A stretch of 64,000 nt of DNA, from assembly GCF_002113885.1 (NCBI RefSeq), contig NW_018405596.1:745718-809717 (forward strand). The letters run 5' to 3'. This DNA comes from Mizuhopecten yessoensis. Its lineage: Eukaryota. The notes under the pieces were generated by a model. That model did not search any database and was not told where the DNA came from. It saw only the letters and a program-made list of their open reading frames with translations. Shown here one piece after another: positions 1 to 11,790 of this stretch. Positions within the stretch are counted from its first letter, which is position 1. Every line of letters starts with the position of its first letter. The position numbers and the translations under genes are program-made.

Positions 1-272
1 ATTGGTACGTGTTATAGAACCCATTTATATGATACAAATTGGTACGTGTTATAGAACCCATTTATATGATACAAATTGGTACGTGTTATAGAACCCATTT
101 ATATGATACAAATTGGTACGTGTTATAGAACCCATTTATATGATACAAATTGGTACGTGTTATAGAACCCATTTATATGATACAGATTGGTACGTGTTAT
201 AGAACCCATTTATATGATACAGATTGGTACGTGTTATAGAACCCATTTATATGATACAAATTGGTACGTGTT
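1..272. repeat. 37-bp minisatellite (attggtacgtgttatagaacccatttatatgatacaa), ~7.3 copies, truncated by the window edge
   Basis: Unit restarts at 1, 38, 75 ... 260; copies are nearly identical. Confidence 0.97.
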
Positions 273-959
273 GGGAGATGGCTTAATATAAGAGCCTGAT
301 CGCTTACATTACATTCTGTATAATTTTATATTATGAACTGCATATATGTAAATAAAATATTGGTGGTTTTTTTTTAAATTGAACCATTTACAATAAAAAG
401 TACATGTTACTATTTGGCGTGTAGGTGCCGTTTTGTCAAGAAAAACAAAACAAAACCTTGAAAATCAGCCATCCTCAAGCCGCGATATAATGCCTCTCGT
501 CCCATTTGGTATTTTGATATACAAAAGTCCAATGTTTTGGTTATATCCCTGTTTTGTTTTTCCTGTTTTTATGCATGGTCCGGAACTCCGGATTCATTTT
601 TTGTTTTTGACGAATGACATAGGCGATCATTTCGAATGGGACACTTAGTTTCGTGAAATTTCAGTCAATCTTTATTATATATTTTTTTTTTTATGATTAG
701 GCCTCATTACGGATGAAATAAGATTTTTTTTATGGTCTTTATTTCCATCAAAAAAGTGAGAATATCTTTTTCGTTGTCTCTATGACTACAATAAAATGTC
801 ATTACAGGGTGATCTGGTACCACAGCCTTAATGTTAGCGGTTAGAAGACGGTAATGCTGAAAACGTTCCGATGATCCCGACTTCACTGTGTGCCGTACCT
901 CCCTTCTCATAAACCTCTGCAGTCTGTGACAGTGGATTACCTAGCTGTGTAAACATTTC

Positions 960-1650
960 ACTTTACATTAGAGTAGAGGTAAGCCAGACAGTGTTACTTA
1001 TATACAATCTACCTGCTCCAAACGCCCAGTGTTATCCGCCAATGGCCGACGCTGCTGCACCGTCGTCAGGTGGCAGGAAAAGATTCGGGGTTCGTAATAA
1101 ATTCGCCTCCGGTTATTATAAATGATTCACGTGCATGTGAGTATGGCCGGGAGAAGAGAAAAATAGAAAGAAGATACAAATTATCGAAAATATAGTTATG
1201 TCATACATTTACCGAAGCACACTCTGATCGGTACAACACACAGGAATCAAGTTCAGGGGTAACCTACGTCAACCGGCGGAGATCACGGACACACGTTTTG
1301 GCCAGCATTGTCCGGGAAAGAAACGTTACTTTTTCCGAAAAACGGCAAATGTTGACCGCAAACCACTTAAGAACTATCGTTAAAATTCACACTTATCCGA
1401 ATATTATGATTGTTTCCCGTTGACTCTTAAAGTATGAGTGAAAAACACGAACGGTTAAAAATTGGAAAACGTTCATTGCTTTAGGTCTTTCGTTCATGGA
1501 GTCATAACAACAGTTTAATTAGTCGAGTTTATCTACAGGATACGATAAAAAGTTGACGCTAGAAAACACTGGGTTTCATTGGTAAAAACAGAAGATTGGC
1601 GCCCTTGAACTTTGTACTACTCCGCTGTTGACATTTATCCGCGACGTAGT
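960..1650 (-). promoter_or_regulatory. CpG-rich candidate promoter, possibly of a leftward gene
   Basis: High CpG density, CCAAT at ~1039, reverse CCAAT at ~1595, CACGTG at ~1128, and TATATAAG on the minus strand at ~998-1005. There is no transcript evidence. Confidence 0.3.
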
Positions 1651-1793
1651 GCAATAATGAGTAATTAAATATTGCATGTTGTTAGTTATAAGTACATACA
1701 GAATTGATAAAAATAGAACAACACCAAAATATTAAAAGTATCGTTAAATGAAATTTGAGTACAAATCTCCAGACGTTTATGTGGGTGTCAACC

Positions 1794-1935
1794 TGTTAAA
1801 ATATTAGCCGCTTCCTACCGCCTTGGTTAGAGAGTATTTCTGTTTAGCTCATTCGGTAGAGCGTAAGACTAGTAAACCAGGTCCCGGGTTCGACTCCTAG
1901 CGGAGGCATTGAACAAAATAATGACCTCTGTTATA
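1794..1935 (+). mobile_element. tRNA(Thr-AGT)-like pseudogene / tRNA-headed repeat (tRNA-like core 1837-1908)
   Basis: A box TAGCTCATTCGGTAGAGC, anticodon-like loop ctAGTaa, B box GGTTCGACTCC. The acceptor and anticodon stems are degenerate. It is bounded by tgttaa...ctgttata. Confidence 0.6.
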
Positions 1936-2139
1936 TGTGCAATGTCGTACCACCCCAGAAAAATTCATACAAGGTCTTACTCAAAGAACGCCCATTATTT
2001 AAAAATGTCGCTAAAGCTAGATTTCGTAAAAAATGAAATTCACAAATTTGAATTAAATATGATAAACAATTGTTAAAGGGAAGTCTCAATATAAAACATG
2101 ATATCAATTAACTGTGTCACTTTTATATTAATGATATAT

Positions 2140-2476
2140 CCAAGTATCTAAGGACTTCTGGTATATGTATACTATGCGTGTCATGCCCTCGTTTTATAGG
2201 GAAACACAATTCTTTGTTTCCCTTCGACTATCCTTTTTCACGGACACACGATATTTTGTTTTTCCCGATATAAATTATGTTACACGAAACATGGATTATC
2301 GAAGAGAATTTTTCTATGTAAAAATAAAACAATAACATAACAGTAAAAATGATCAGATTGACGCCAATGGGAAATATGACCGGGGGAACTCGAGCGCGCG
2401 AGATACCGAGACGCTCCATTTTCCTGTCATGTGATGAACATAATCCAATCAGACACGCTTTTATATAAATGAGGTT
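2140..2476 (-). mobile_element. Non-autonomous DNA element (Crypton-like), same family as 16088-16628
   Basis: Minus strand reads cctcat..agcgtgtctgattgg..catcacatgacagg, matching cctcat..agcgtttctgattgg..catcacatgacagg at 16097-16147. The superfamily call is from memory only. Confidence 0.5.
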
Positions 2477-4329
2477 AAATATTGTATATTATCGACACAT
2501 GAAAGTCATTAAGTTAACTTCAACAGTCAAAACAAATCAATGCTATTTAGCATTATCTCGCGCCTGCTCAACATACATTGACGTTCAAAATGACAGTCAG
2601 ATAAACGGATTTACGGACAGTCACTTAACAGATAAAACCTCGCTTTAAAGTATGTGATTATTTCTACACCACTTCGTCTTTACCGAAATGACTCCACGTG
2701 ATGGTATGTCCCCGACGTAACTAGGAATGCTCAAAGTGAGAGGAGACACCATAAACTACCTTAAAGGATTTCGCTCCTACATATTTACATTAGAATCAAT
2801 TTTAACATCTTAGAGACGAACTTTATGTACGAAGCGTACAAACAAAGTTGACATAACATTCGGCACAACTCCTAAACAACATGATAAATCCATAATGATT
2901 GCACACTTGACAAAAAGCATGCACAGAATGCATTTCTTTACAGCTATATAAACCCCGTCTCCAAGTTTTTTTCTTAATTCTGCCCATTATGCGGACATAT
3001 TATACTCAATATCACACGTTCCTTGTCTGACAGCAGTAATTATTTTTACGACAGCAGTGAATTATTAGTTCGGTTTGCTGCAGTGTGAAATTCCGAAACA
3101 AACGAGGTCACTGGAGCGGAAGGATATTGTTTACGGTTATTTGATACGAACTACTTATGAAATGACACTTCGTTTATGGAAATTTACAGATTCCGCCCTT
3201 TAAAGTAGTCCAAACACTTGTGAGCTTTTCTCGCTGCTTTCCGCGACACTTTTCTAATTGAGGATGTTGTCTGCTTAGTATACAAATAGATCTACGAGTA
3301 GGGTAGACCTAGATAAATACTTCAACTTTCTGCTTCATTAAACTGTATTGTGTTCCTCACGCATCGCGGTGACTAGGGCAATAATAGGTACTTAACTCCC
3401 ACTGCCGTTGTCCTTCTGCGGCGTTAAATAGGTACGTTGTATATATATATATATGCCATGAAATCCGGGGGGTCCCGAGGGCCTTGTCATATTTTGGCAC
3501 GTGTAATAATAGTGTATATCGCCTATCCATCTGCCAGATTGCTCATGGTGGTCATAAGATTCCATTGTGAACATCCAAGGTAAAGACCAAAGATATCAAT
3601 TCGTATACAGTTGGAAACTTACTTTCGAACGGTTTAATATTTAAGCGAACATTTCAACGGTTTTGAATAAATATGTGTTTTTACCTGAAAGGATTTTATC
3701 ATCATACAACCGAGTTTACCAAAATCAAGAAACGTTGGGCAAGAACAGAACTTGGGTGGATGACCACTTAGTGTTGAAGTATCCTCTACATATTACCAGG
3801 GACGATACATTATAGATCGTTGAAATTTCGCGAGAAAACACCTTCGTTGTATTTGTGATTCTTTGGTAAGACTAACAGTGACAAACGAATACCTTTTGTT
3901 ATGTTTGTTACATGTAGGTACTGGTCAGACAATTGAATTCGAGATCGACACGCGAAAATTAAAGCATGCATATATTATGTAAATAGTTTAATTAACGTAG
4001 GTGTTATATCTCGGGATAAAGACATATTTGCGTTGATTCAAAAGAAAAAATCGGTCGTGAATTCAAGTAATTCACAAACTTTATTAGCAGACAATACTAT
4101 CTGTTCTTCTGTTATTGCTTATCTGGCGAACTCATATATACGCAAATAAGTCGTTGGTGCATGTAGCACAATAACAAAAGTAACTGTCATGATAAAGAAG
4201 TGATTAGACATATTCCCTATCTACGTGTCAAGTTTGTAGTACATAGCATGTCATATATAGTTCATATAGTTGTAGACGACAATGGTAAGCCCTGTGCTTC
4301 TTAAGGCGCATTTTGATATAATAATAATA

Positions 4330-4836
4330 TACAACATTTGATATAGCGCCCTATCTAGCTAACACAAGCCACTCTTTGTATACAGTACATAGGCATACAA
4401 TTAATACAATTAGGTTATACAATTTTTGAGGAATTCGCAGGAGCTGCCTTATCGGGCGCTAACTACTAGTCCTATGCCACCTGGCTAATATCTCCCTATG
4501 TGTGTATGCTTGCATGTGTGCTGGAGATGTATTGTGTTCTGTTTGTAGTGGGACCGTGCTTCCAATGGCATCTTTTATAGTGCCACCTCACTTGAATGCT
4601 ACATCACAGATACCGCAACATCCACCCAAGACCATTGTATACTCCACCTGGGTTGTTGGATATGTCGTGAGAGATGAATAATGTTGGCGCACCAGTAGAA
4701 TATGGGATGTCATTCTTTCTCTTCTGCTTTGCAACTAGGTATCTCACTCTTTTCTGGATGGTTTTTCCTCGACACCCGTCTTCATGTGACCTTGGCTATT
4801 GCAAGGACGTTTAACCCAAAACAAACAGCAACAAAC
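4330..4836. mobile_element. Cluster of degraded SINE fragments
   Basis: Nin-like tail atatagcgccctat at ~4342; Meta-SINE-like middle ttttatagtgccacctcact at ~4573; SINE 3' tail gtgaccttggctattgcaaggacgtttaaccc-(aaac)n at 4787-4836. Confidence 0.5.
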
Positions 4837-5948
4837 GTGACCTTCAATGTACCTTTGTCTATAACGTACGCCTGGGTAATGGAACTCAGGAAGGTGAAGG
4901 CAGGATGATGACCAGCAGAGAAATGGATGAGGAACTGTATGTTAGGAAACGGATAAGAAGCAAGATTGTAGACTAGTACTGCATATCGTTTAAATTTCGC
5001 GAACACTTATTTTTCGGGGTTACGTTTATTGAATTCTTTACTATTTCAATCACAAACTTCATCCCTATTTTAGAGCATATATGTGAAGGGGTAATGTCAA
5101 GAGCAGAAACGATGAATGTTTGAACGCTCGCGTAATACATTTCTTCGACACTCTTCACGAGTTACCCCGCAAACATACATGTTCATGCATCTGTCTGCAA
5201 AAAAAGGTGTGATTTAAAATTGACTGGAGATAAAATATCATGTCAATCATATAGATATGTTTATAGTAAATGAAATATTCTCACAAATGTTTATTGTATT
5301 ACATTGTTAAAGTAGATCACATTTCGTATGACTGTGACTTTCAGTGATCGGCTTTCATACATCTAAATTCACTGGAGACTTACAAAAATCACTCCCCTTG
5401 TGTAGAGTATCAAAATTTAATGTTCCGTCAAGATCCCCACAGAGTCGGGTAATGTAGCAGAAAAATAGGCTGAGACCTATTAAAGGTTTCTACCTGTGTG
5501 TGATCGATGATTAAAGTAATTAAGAATGATTGATTACGTTAGACAGGTATGGGTACGACAGGTAACCGAGCAGGTAGAAATTAACACAGGTAGATTATCT
5601 CCCGTGAGGCAGGTAAAAATACACGGTAGAAATATAGATAGCATTCGCATTGTTTCCTTCGACGTGTGACAATGTTTAAAAAGAAATAAATTGCAATTTT
5701 GGTCTTCATGATATTTCTAATGACAATTTCAGATTATTGGTCTGTCTTTTGATGCAACTGCTAAAAAGGTAACATCTTTTTTAACATCAAAAATAGTTAC
5801 TTTACACTTCATTAAAGCATGTAAAACATTCCGTGTCTGATTGATTCATTCTTTATTACATTAAACCTTTCGGTTGATCAGTACAGTGCATATATACAGT
5901 ACAAATTATACAGTAAAGACATATACAAACAGACAATACAACAAAATT

Positions 5949-6005
5949 GATGATGATGACAACAACGACGAGGAGGAGGAGGATGAGGAGGAGAAGGAGG
6001 AGGAG
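5949..6005. repeat. Compound trinucleotide microsatellite (GAT/AAC/GAG)
   Basis: gatgatgatgacaacaacgacgaggaggaggaggatgaggag... Confidence 0.85.
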
Positions 6006-8572
6006 TGAATATCTCGGTCAGTGTTAGGTGCATCACAGCAAGCCTCTTGAGACAATAGGTTAGCGTAATATGAATTAAGTGGTTGTCCCTACTGACTTCT
6101 GACTAGTAATCAGTGTCACGAGGTCACTTCTAAGTCCTCTTCACGCTCTTAATTATCGTCAGGTCATATACCGGAAGTAAAATCCCGAGATCTTCAAGTC
6201 TCTTTGTCACGAGACTTGAGGGTTCGATGAGTTTGTTTGAGACGAATGACTTACGTTTGATGTAAACGAAAATATTCTTTATTGTTTTTACAGTAAACTG
6301 CAATGCTACTGACCCTGCCAAATGTCTGTCCTCTAACGTTTAAATTCATATGTGTTCAGTATTAAATCCGTCAATATTCCTACTTATGACTTTATATATA
6401 TATATATATTTATATAAATATTCCTGCTGAATCAATGCTGAAAAAGGCCAAAGTTATGGAGAAACAAATAAGCGTTCTGAAGTATCCACTGAAAAGCAAA
6501 CATTACGAATGAATGTCCTAGTTCTTTTGTAAAAACCTTGACAACCTGGTGTTATTTGGACAAACAGATGCTTTTTTCACTTGTTCATTATTTTTCTAAA
6601 ACGAAAAAGACCATTAAAAAAGTGTTGAAAGATTTGGGGCAGATGCACAGTTCCGATGTCACGCGTTTCCGGTGAGGGCGGTGTCCGCATTCCGTTTTGT
6701 TATTATACACCACCTTACGTTGAGATTCGGTTGGATAATGTCACTCATAGCGGTTTAATACCGAGTCAACGACTTGTTTTCTTCAACACATTCACGTCCA
6801 AAATCATCTATATACTTTTGTTCGCGAGGAAGAATGATTATCTTAAAATTATAAACTGGCATGGCATTTAACAGTCATTTTGTATTTTTTTACATTACTT
6901 TCTAGTGTCAAACTTCATGTTTTTTGTTCGCACATAATGAAAGAGAGCTTGTCGCAAATACAGCTGTTCCGTAGAGCTTATCGGGTTTTTTTTCTCTCGC
7001 GTGTAACATCTTACACGTGTGGTCCTTCACACCAGCCACTGCCGACAAAACACACACGACATTTCACATCTTAGAGGCTACATCGTCATTGTCGGTTCCA
7101 ATACTGTCACTCAGACACGGCCATGGTTTGAAAACATTTCACTTTTTAGACGCTACATTGGCACTGTTTGTTTCTGCTTCAGTCACTCGGCCATACTCCT
7201 GGTTTGTGAACCATTGGCCTTCTCTACCCCTATCACACTTTTAGAGAACTTGGCATGCAGCTGTAATTTAACCCTTCTATACCTATAACACTGAACCATT
7301 GTGATAAGGTGTCGACGGACTTTCAATACATCAAGGTATACAGGCTCATCAGGTCATTAACACTAAGTGTGAGGGTATTGCTAGGGGTCGGCGGACCAAA
7401 CGCACGGTGCTCCCTTAGCAGGTTACACATTCAAGTCTGCTCAGTCCACCTCATCAGTCTATTTACTCCGAACCTCAAACAGATTCAGGGATTTTTGTCA
7501 GGCTCTGCTTGATAGAACCACCACATATCTGCTTGTCTCGGAAAGTATGAGACCTAATTTGTTCATTATCATTAATCTAACGTAACATTTTGACTAGCTT
7601 TCACCTGCATCTGGTATTATGCCTGCTATTAATACCGAAATGTGTGATAAGTATGTGTGAGATTTTCAGCTATTACAAATGTACTTTGCATGGCATAAAA
7701 AAAAAATGAAAATAAAACGAATACAAAAAACAAAAACCGAAATGTCAAAAAAAGACAATAAAACGATAAAACTAGGGCAAAATATGAAATATGAAAATTT
7801 ACATAGAGACCCCTTCGAAAAGTTACAATGAGAACAGGAACCAGCTATTCAGGAAAGGTCAACATCTCTGCTTCTAGTACAAATCTAATTAATGTCATGT
7901 ACTCAAACGGAGAACCGGAGATGTCACAATGACGATGAAGAATATTTTGTCCATGTATGTTGACGTTGTGGTATATTTTGTATTCTACCACAATATGCTG
8001 TGTTATTCCACTCTCAGATCATTGTATAAACATGCAGACTGTTAGATAAATATGAGTTATACACCACACGTGGTATATGACCTTCTAGAGTTTTGATTGG
8101 TCGAGAAGATAAACTTTGACCAAGACGACTTTTTCCACGCGCTTTTTGCCACGTGCTGTTTTGTTTACGTCGTCTGCTGTCAGCATTCGGCAAATTTTGG
8201 TGACTTTGTGAAGTTATGCGATGGGGAAAAGGGGGTTATTAAGGCAATAATAAAAGAAGATGATACTTAAAGATTTGATCGCTAGTTTCAGGCAAAATTG
8301 CTACAGACGCTCGATATCGTTTCGACTTCACATCGTCGCGTGTCCAGGTCGTTAAACAAAAACATGATCTGTTACAGTATCGGAAATTATTTCGTTCTCC
8401 CAACGTCCCGTTATCGCTATTTGGAGGGTCTGACTATGGCTGAACTTTCACAATAAACGTCAACCATAGAACCGTCACGAAGAAACGTCCCAGGCCAATG
8501 GTTTTGGACATTGACAGCGATTAGTTCGTGTTCATCACTTGGCGGGAGGCAGACTTCGTACGATATGCGTAA

Positions 8573-10403
8573 GTGTTGTCGCTGTGGTATATGTTGTCAT
8601 TTTGTGTTGACGCCGTGGTATATGTTGTTATTGTGTGTTGACGCTGTGGTATATGTTGTTATTGTGTGTTGACGCTTAGAAATATTTTCTCATTGTGTGT
8701 TGACGCTGTGGTATATGTTGTTATTGTGTGTTGATGCTATGGTATATGTTGTTATTGTGTGTTGACGCTATGGTATATGTTGTCATTGTGTGTTGACGCT
8801 GTGGTATTTGTTGTTATTGTGTGTTGACGCTGTGGTATATGTTGGTATTGTGTGTTGACGCTGTGGGATATGTTGTTATTGTTTGTTGACGCTGTGGTAT
8901 ATGTATATTTTGTTATTGTGTGTTGACGCTGCGGTATATGTTGTTATTGTGTGTTGACGCTGTGATATATGTTGTTTTTGTGTGTTGACGCTGTGGTATA
9001 TGTTGTTATTGTGTGTTGACGCTGTGGAAATTGTTGTTATTGTGTGTTGACGCTGTGGTATATGTATATTTTGTTATTGTGTGTTGACGCTGTGGTATAT
9101 GTTGTTACTGTGTGTAGACGCTGTGGTATATGTTGTTATTGTGTGGTGACGCTGTGGTATATGTTGTTATTGTGTGGTTACGCTGTGGTATATGTTGTTA
9201 CTGTGTGTAGACGCTGTGGTATATGTTGTTATTGTGTGTTGACGTTGTGGTTTATGTTGTCATTGTGTGTTGACGCTGTGGTATATGTTGTCATTGTGTG
9301 TTGACGCTGTGGTATATGTTGGCATTGTGTGTTGACGCTGTGGTATATGTTGTGATTGTGTGTTGACGCTGTGGTATATGTTGTTATTGTGTGTTGACGC
9401 TGTGGTAAATGTTGTCATTGTGTGTTGACGCTGTTGTATTTTTTGTCATTGTTTGTTGACGCTGTGGTTTATGTTGTTATTGTGTGTTGACTCTGTGGTA
9501 TATGTTGTCATTTTGTATTGACGCTGTGGTATATGTTGTTATTGTGTGTTGACGCTGTGGTATATGTTGTTATTGTGTGTTGACGCTGTGGTAAATGTTG
9601 TCATTGTGTGTTGACGCTGTGGTATATTTTGTTATTGTGTGTTGACGCTGTGGTATATGTTGTTATTATGTGTTGACGCTGTGGTATATGTTGTTATTGT
9701 GTGTTGACGCTGTTGTATATGTTGTCATTGTGTGTTGACGCTGTTGTATATTTTCTCATTGTGTGTTGACGTTGTTGTATATGTTGTCATTGTGTGTTGA
9801 CGCTGTGTTATATTTTCTCCTTGTGTGTTGACGCTGTTGTATATTTTCTCATTGTGTGTTGACGCTGTGTTATATTTTCTCCTTGTGTGTTGACGCTGTT
9901 GTGTATTTTGTCATTGTGTGTTGACGCTGTGGGATATTTTGTCATTGTGTGTTGATGCTGTGGTATATTTTGTCATTGTGGGTTGACGCTGTTGTACATT
10001 TTGTCATTGGGTGTTGACGCTGTTGTGTATTTTGTCATTGTGTGTTGATGCTGTGGTATATTTTGTCATTGTGGGTTGACGCTGTTGTACATTTTGTCAT
10101 TGTGTGTTGATGCTGTGGTATATTTTGTCATTGTGTGTTGACGTTGTTGTGTATGTTGTCATTGTGTGTTGACGATGTGGTATATGTTGTCATTTTGTGT
10201 TGACGCTGTGGTATATTTTGTCATTGTGTGTTGACGCTGTTGTACATTTTGTCATTGTGTGTTGACGCTGTTGTGTATTTTGTCATTGTGTGTTGACGCT
10301 GTTGTATATTTTGTCATTGTGTGGTGACGCTGTTGTACATTTTGTCATTGTCTGTTGACGCTGTTGTGTATTTTGTCATTGTGTGTTGACGATATTGTAT
10401 ATG
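8573..10403. repeat. 31-bp satellite (ttgtgtgttgacgctgtggtatatgttgtta), ~58 copies
   Basis: Period 31 (e.g. 8631, 8662). Variant composition drifts from the 5' to the 3' end. Confidence 0.97.
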
Positions 10404-10538
10404 TATATTTGTTTCCATATTGTCCTATTGCAAGGACAGCATCGTTTCGTTCAGAATCCTTTACTCAGGCCAGACGTATATACTCTTCACTATAATCTCC
10501 GCTAGGTACCGTTCTTTGTACGGGTATAAATAGTTATC

Positions 10539-10708
10539 GTGTTACTGACTACCGTTCGGTGTCTCTCCTCTCTTCTTCACTTCAATAATGACGTGTCACT
10601 GACTACCGTTCGGTGTCTCTCCTCTCTTCTTCACTTCAATAATGACGTGTCACTAACTACCGTTCGGTGCCTCTCCTCTCTTCCTCAGCTCAATAATGAC
10701 ACTTCACT
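10539..10708. repeat. 54-bp tandem repeat, ~3 copies
   Basis: gtgtcactgactaccgttcggtgtctctcctctcttcttcacttcaataatgac repeated; gives the 18-aa periodicity of ORF 10539..10763. Confidence 0.9.
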
Positions 10709-11509
10709 CGCTGTTAATCTATTCTCCTCCCGTGCAATGGTAGAAACAATGTACTTCTCCTGAGCTGATGTATAATTCTCACTAACTTATAATAATGTGC
10801 ATTCTCCCTTTTTAATTGACAAGCTTTACTTTTGATGAGAATAGACTGCATCTCCTCGAAACGATCTTGACACCGGTATTACTGTACCAGATCCCTCCCA
10901 CAATATAGTTGGATATTTTTTTTTGCTGTCTCTGAGAGTGAGTTTGTCATAGGTATGTGGCTTCATCATGTTAGAGAGATGTCATTATTTCTTGGGATTC
11001 CATACAGATCAGTCACAGAATGTATACCTGTTGGTGGATGCACGCCATGCTTGTATTTCGGCGTAACACTAACGCTGAACTACTCCGGTACATATAGTTC
11101 GCGATGTCGACATTCCAACTGTGTCAAAGGGATCATACAGGCAATATATTATTATACAGATATTGCTAAACAGGATTTTATAATTCAAAAGCATGTTTTA
11201 AGAAAATACTTTGATATATGATAAAATCTCGAACAAACATAAGATATGCAAAACGATAACCGTACGCTTCCTAATTTTTAGTATAACTCTTAACATCTTT
11301 TTGTGACTTATAGCGTGAAGATTTATATTCACAAAAATAAGAAACACATTAGCACCTTGTTTACATGTGCATGAATTCATATTACCGACATCACTAAGGT
11401 AGTGACAATAAAACATCAAGACACAAATAATCACACTAAACAAATAACATCTACCTTTATATAACAGAGAGACAGCGTATTTCCAAATTATATCATTATG
11501 ATGGTCATG

Positions 11510-11790
11510 AAAATTGTCCATGGTCTTTTTGTAAGTTTGTCAATCAGCAGTCGATATCTAACACATAAATCATGATATTCGGAGCAGAGCAAGCTTTGGA
11601 ATACCGAATTATACGACATGTAAATACCGTCTGTATACAGAGTTGTTACAATCAAGAAAATGTTCACGACGGGCTGTATAACACCCCCAGTCACTTTTGT
11701 TTTGTTACATGTAACATTCTGGACTAGGAACAAGATTGGGGACGCAAAGATGTTACCATCAAGAAAGGGAAAGTTCAGGACTAGGTACTG
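11510..11790 (-). mobile_element. Degenerate Penelope-like retroelement, RT C-terminal fragment
   Basis: Translation VLNFPFLDGNIFASP...GIYMSY...CSEYHDLCVRYRLLIDKL resembles the Penelope motif VNFPFLxSNIPxSPAYGVYISQL..CSxYxDF..R..LL..KL. Confidence 0.75.

Noticed and set aside
707-910. 67-aa minus-strand ORF downstream of the candidate promoter
   Set aside because: No recognisable protein features; could be 5' UTR or a chance ORF.
1837-1908. Functional tRNA-Thr gene
   Set aside because: Acceptor stem is mostly G-T pairs, the anticodon stem does not pair, and there is no adjacent oligo-T terminator; treated as repeat-derived.
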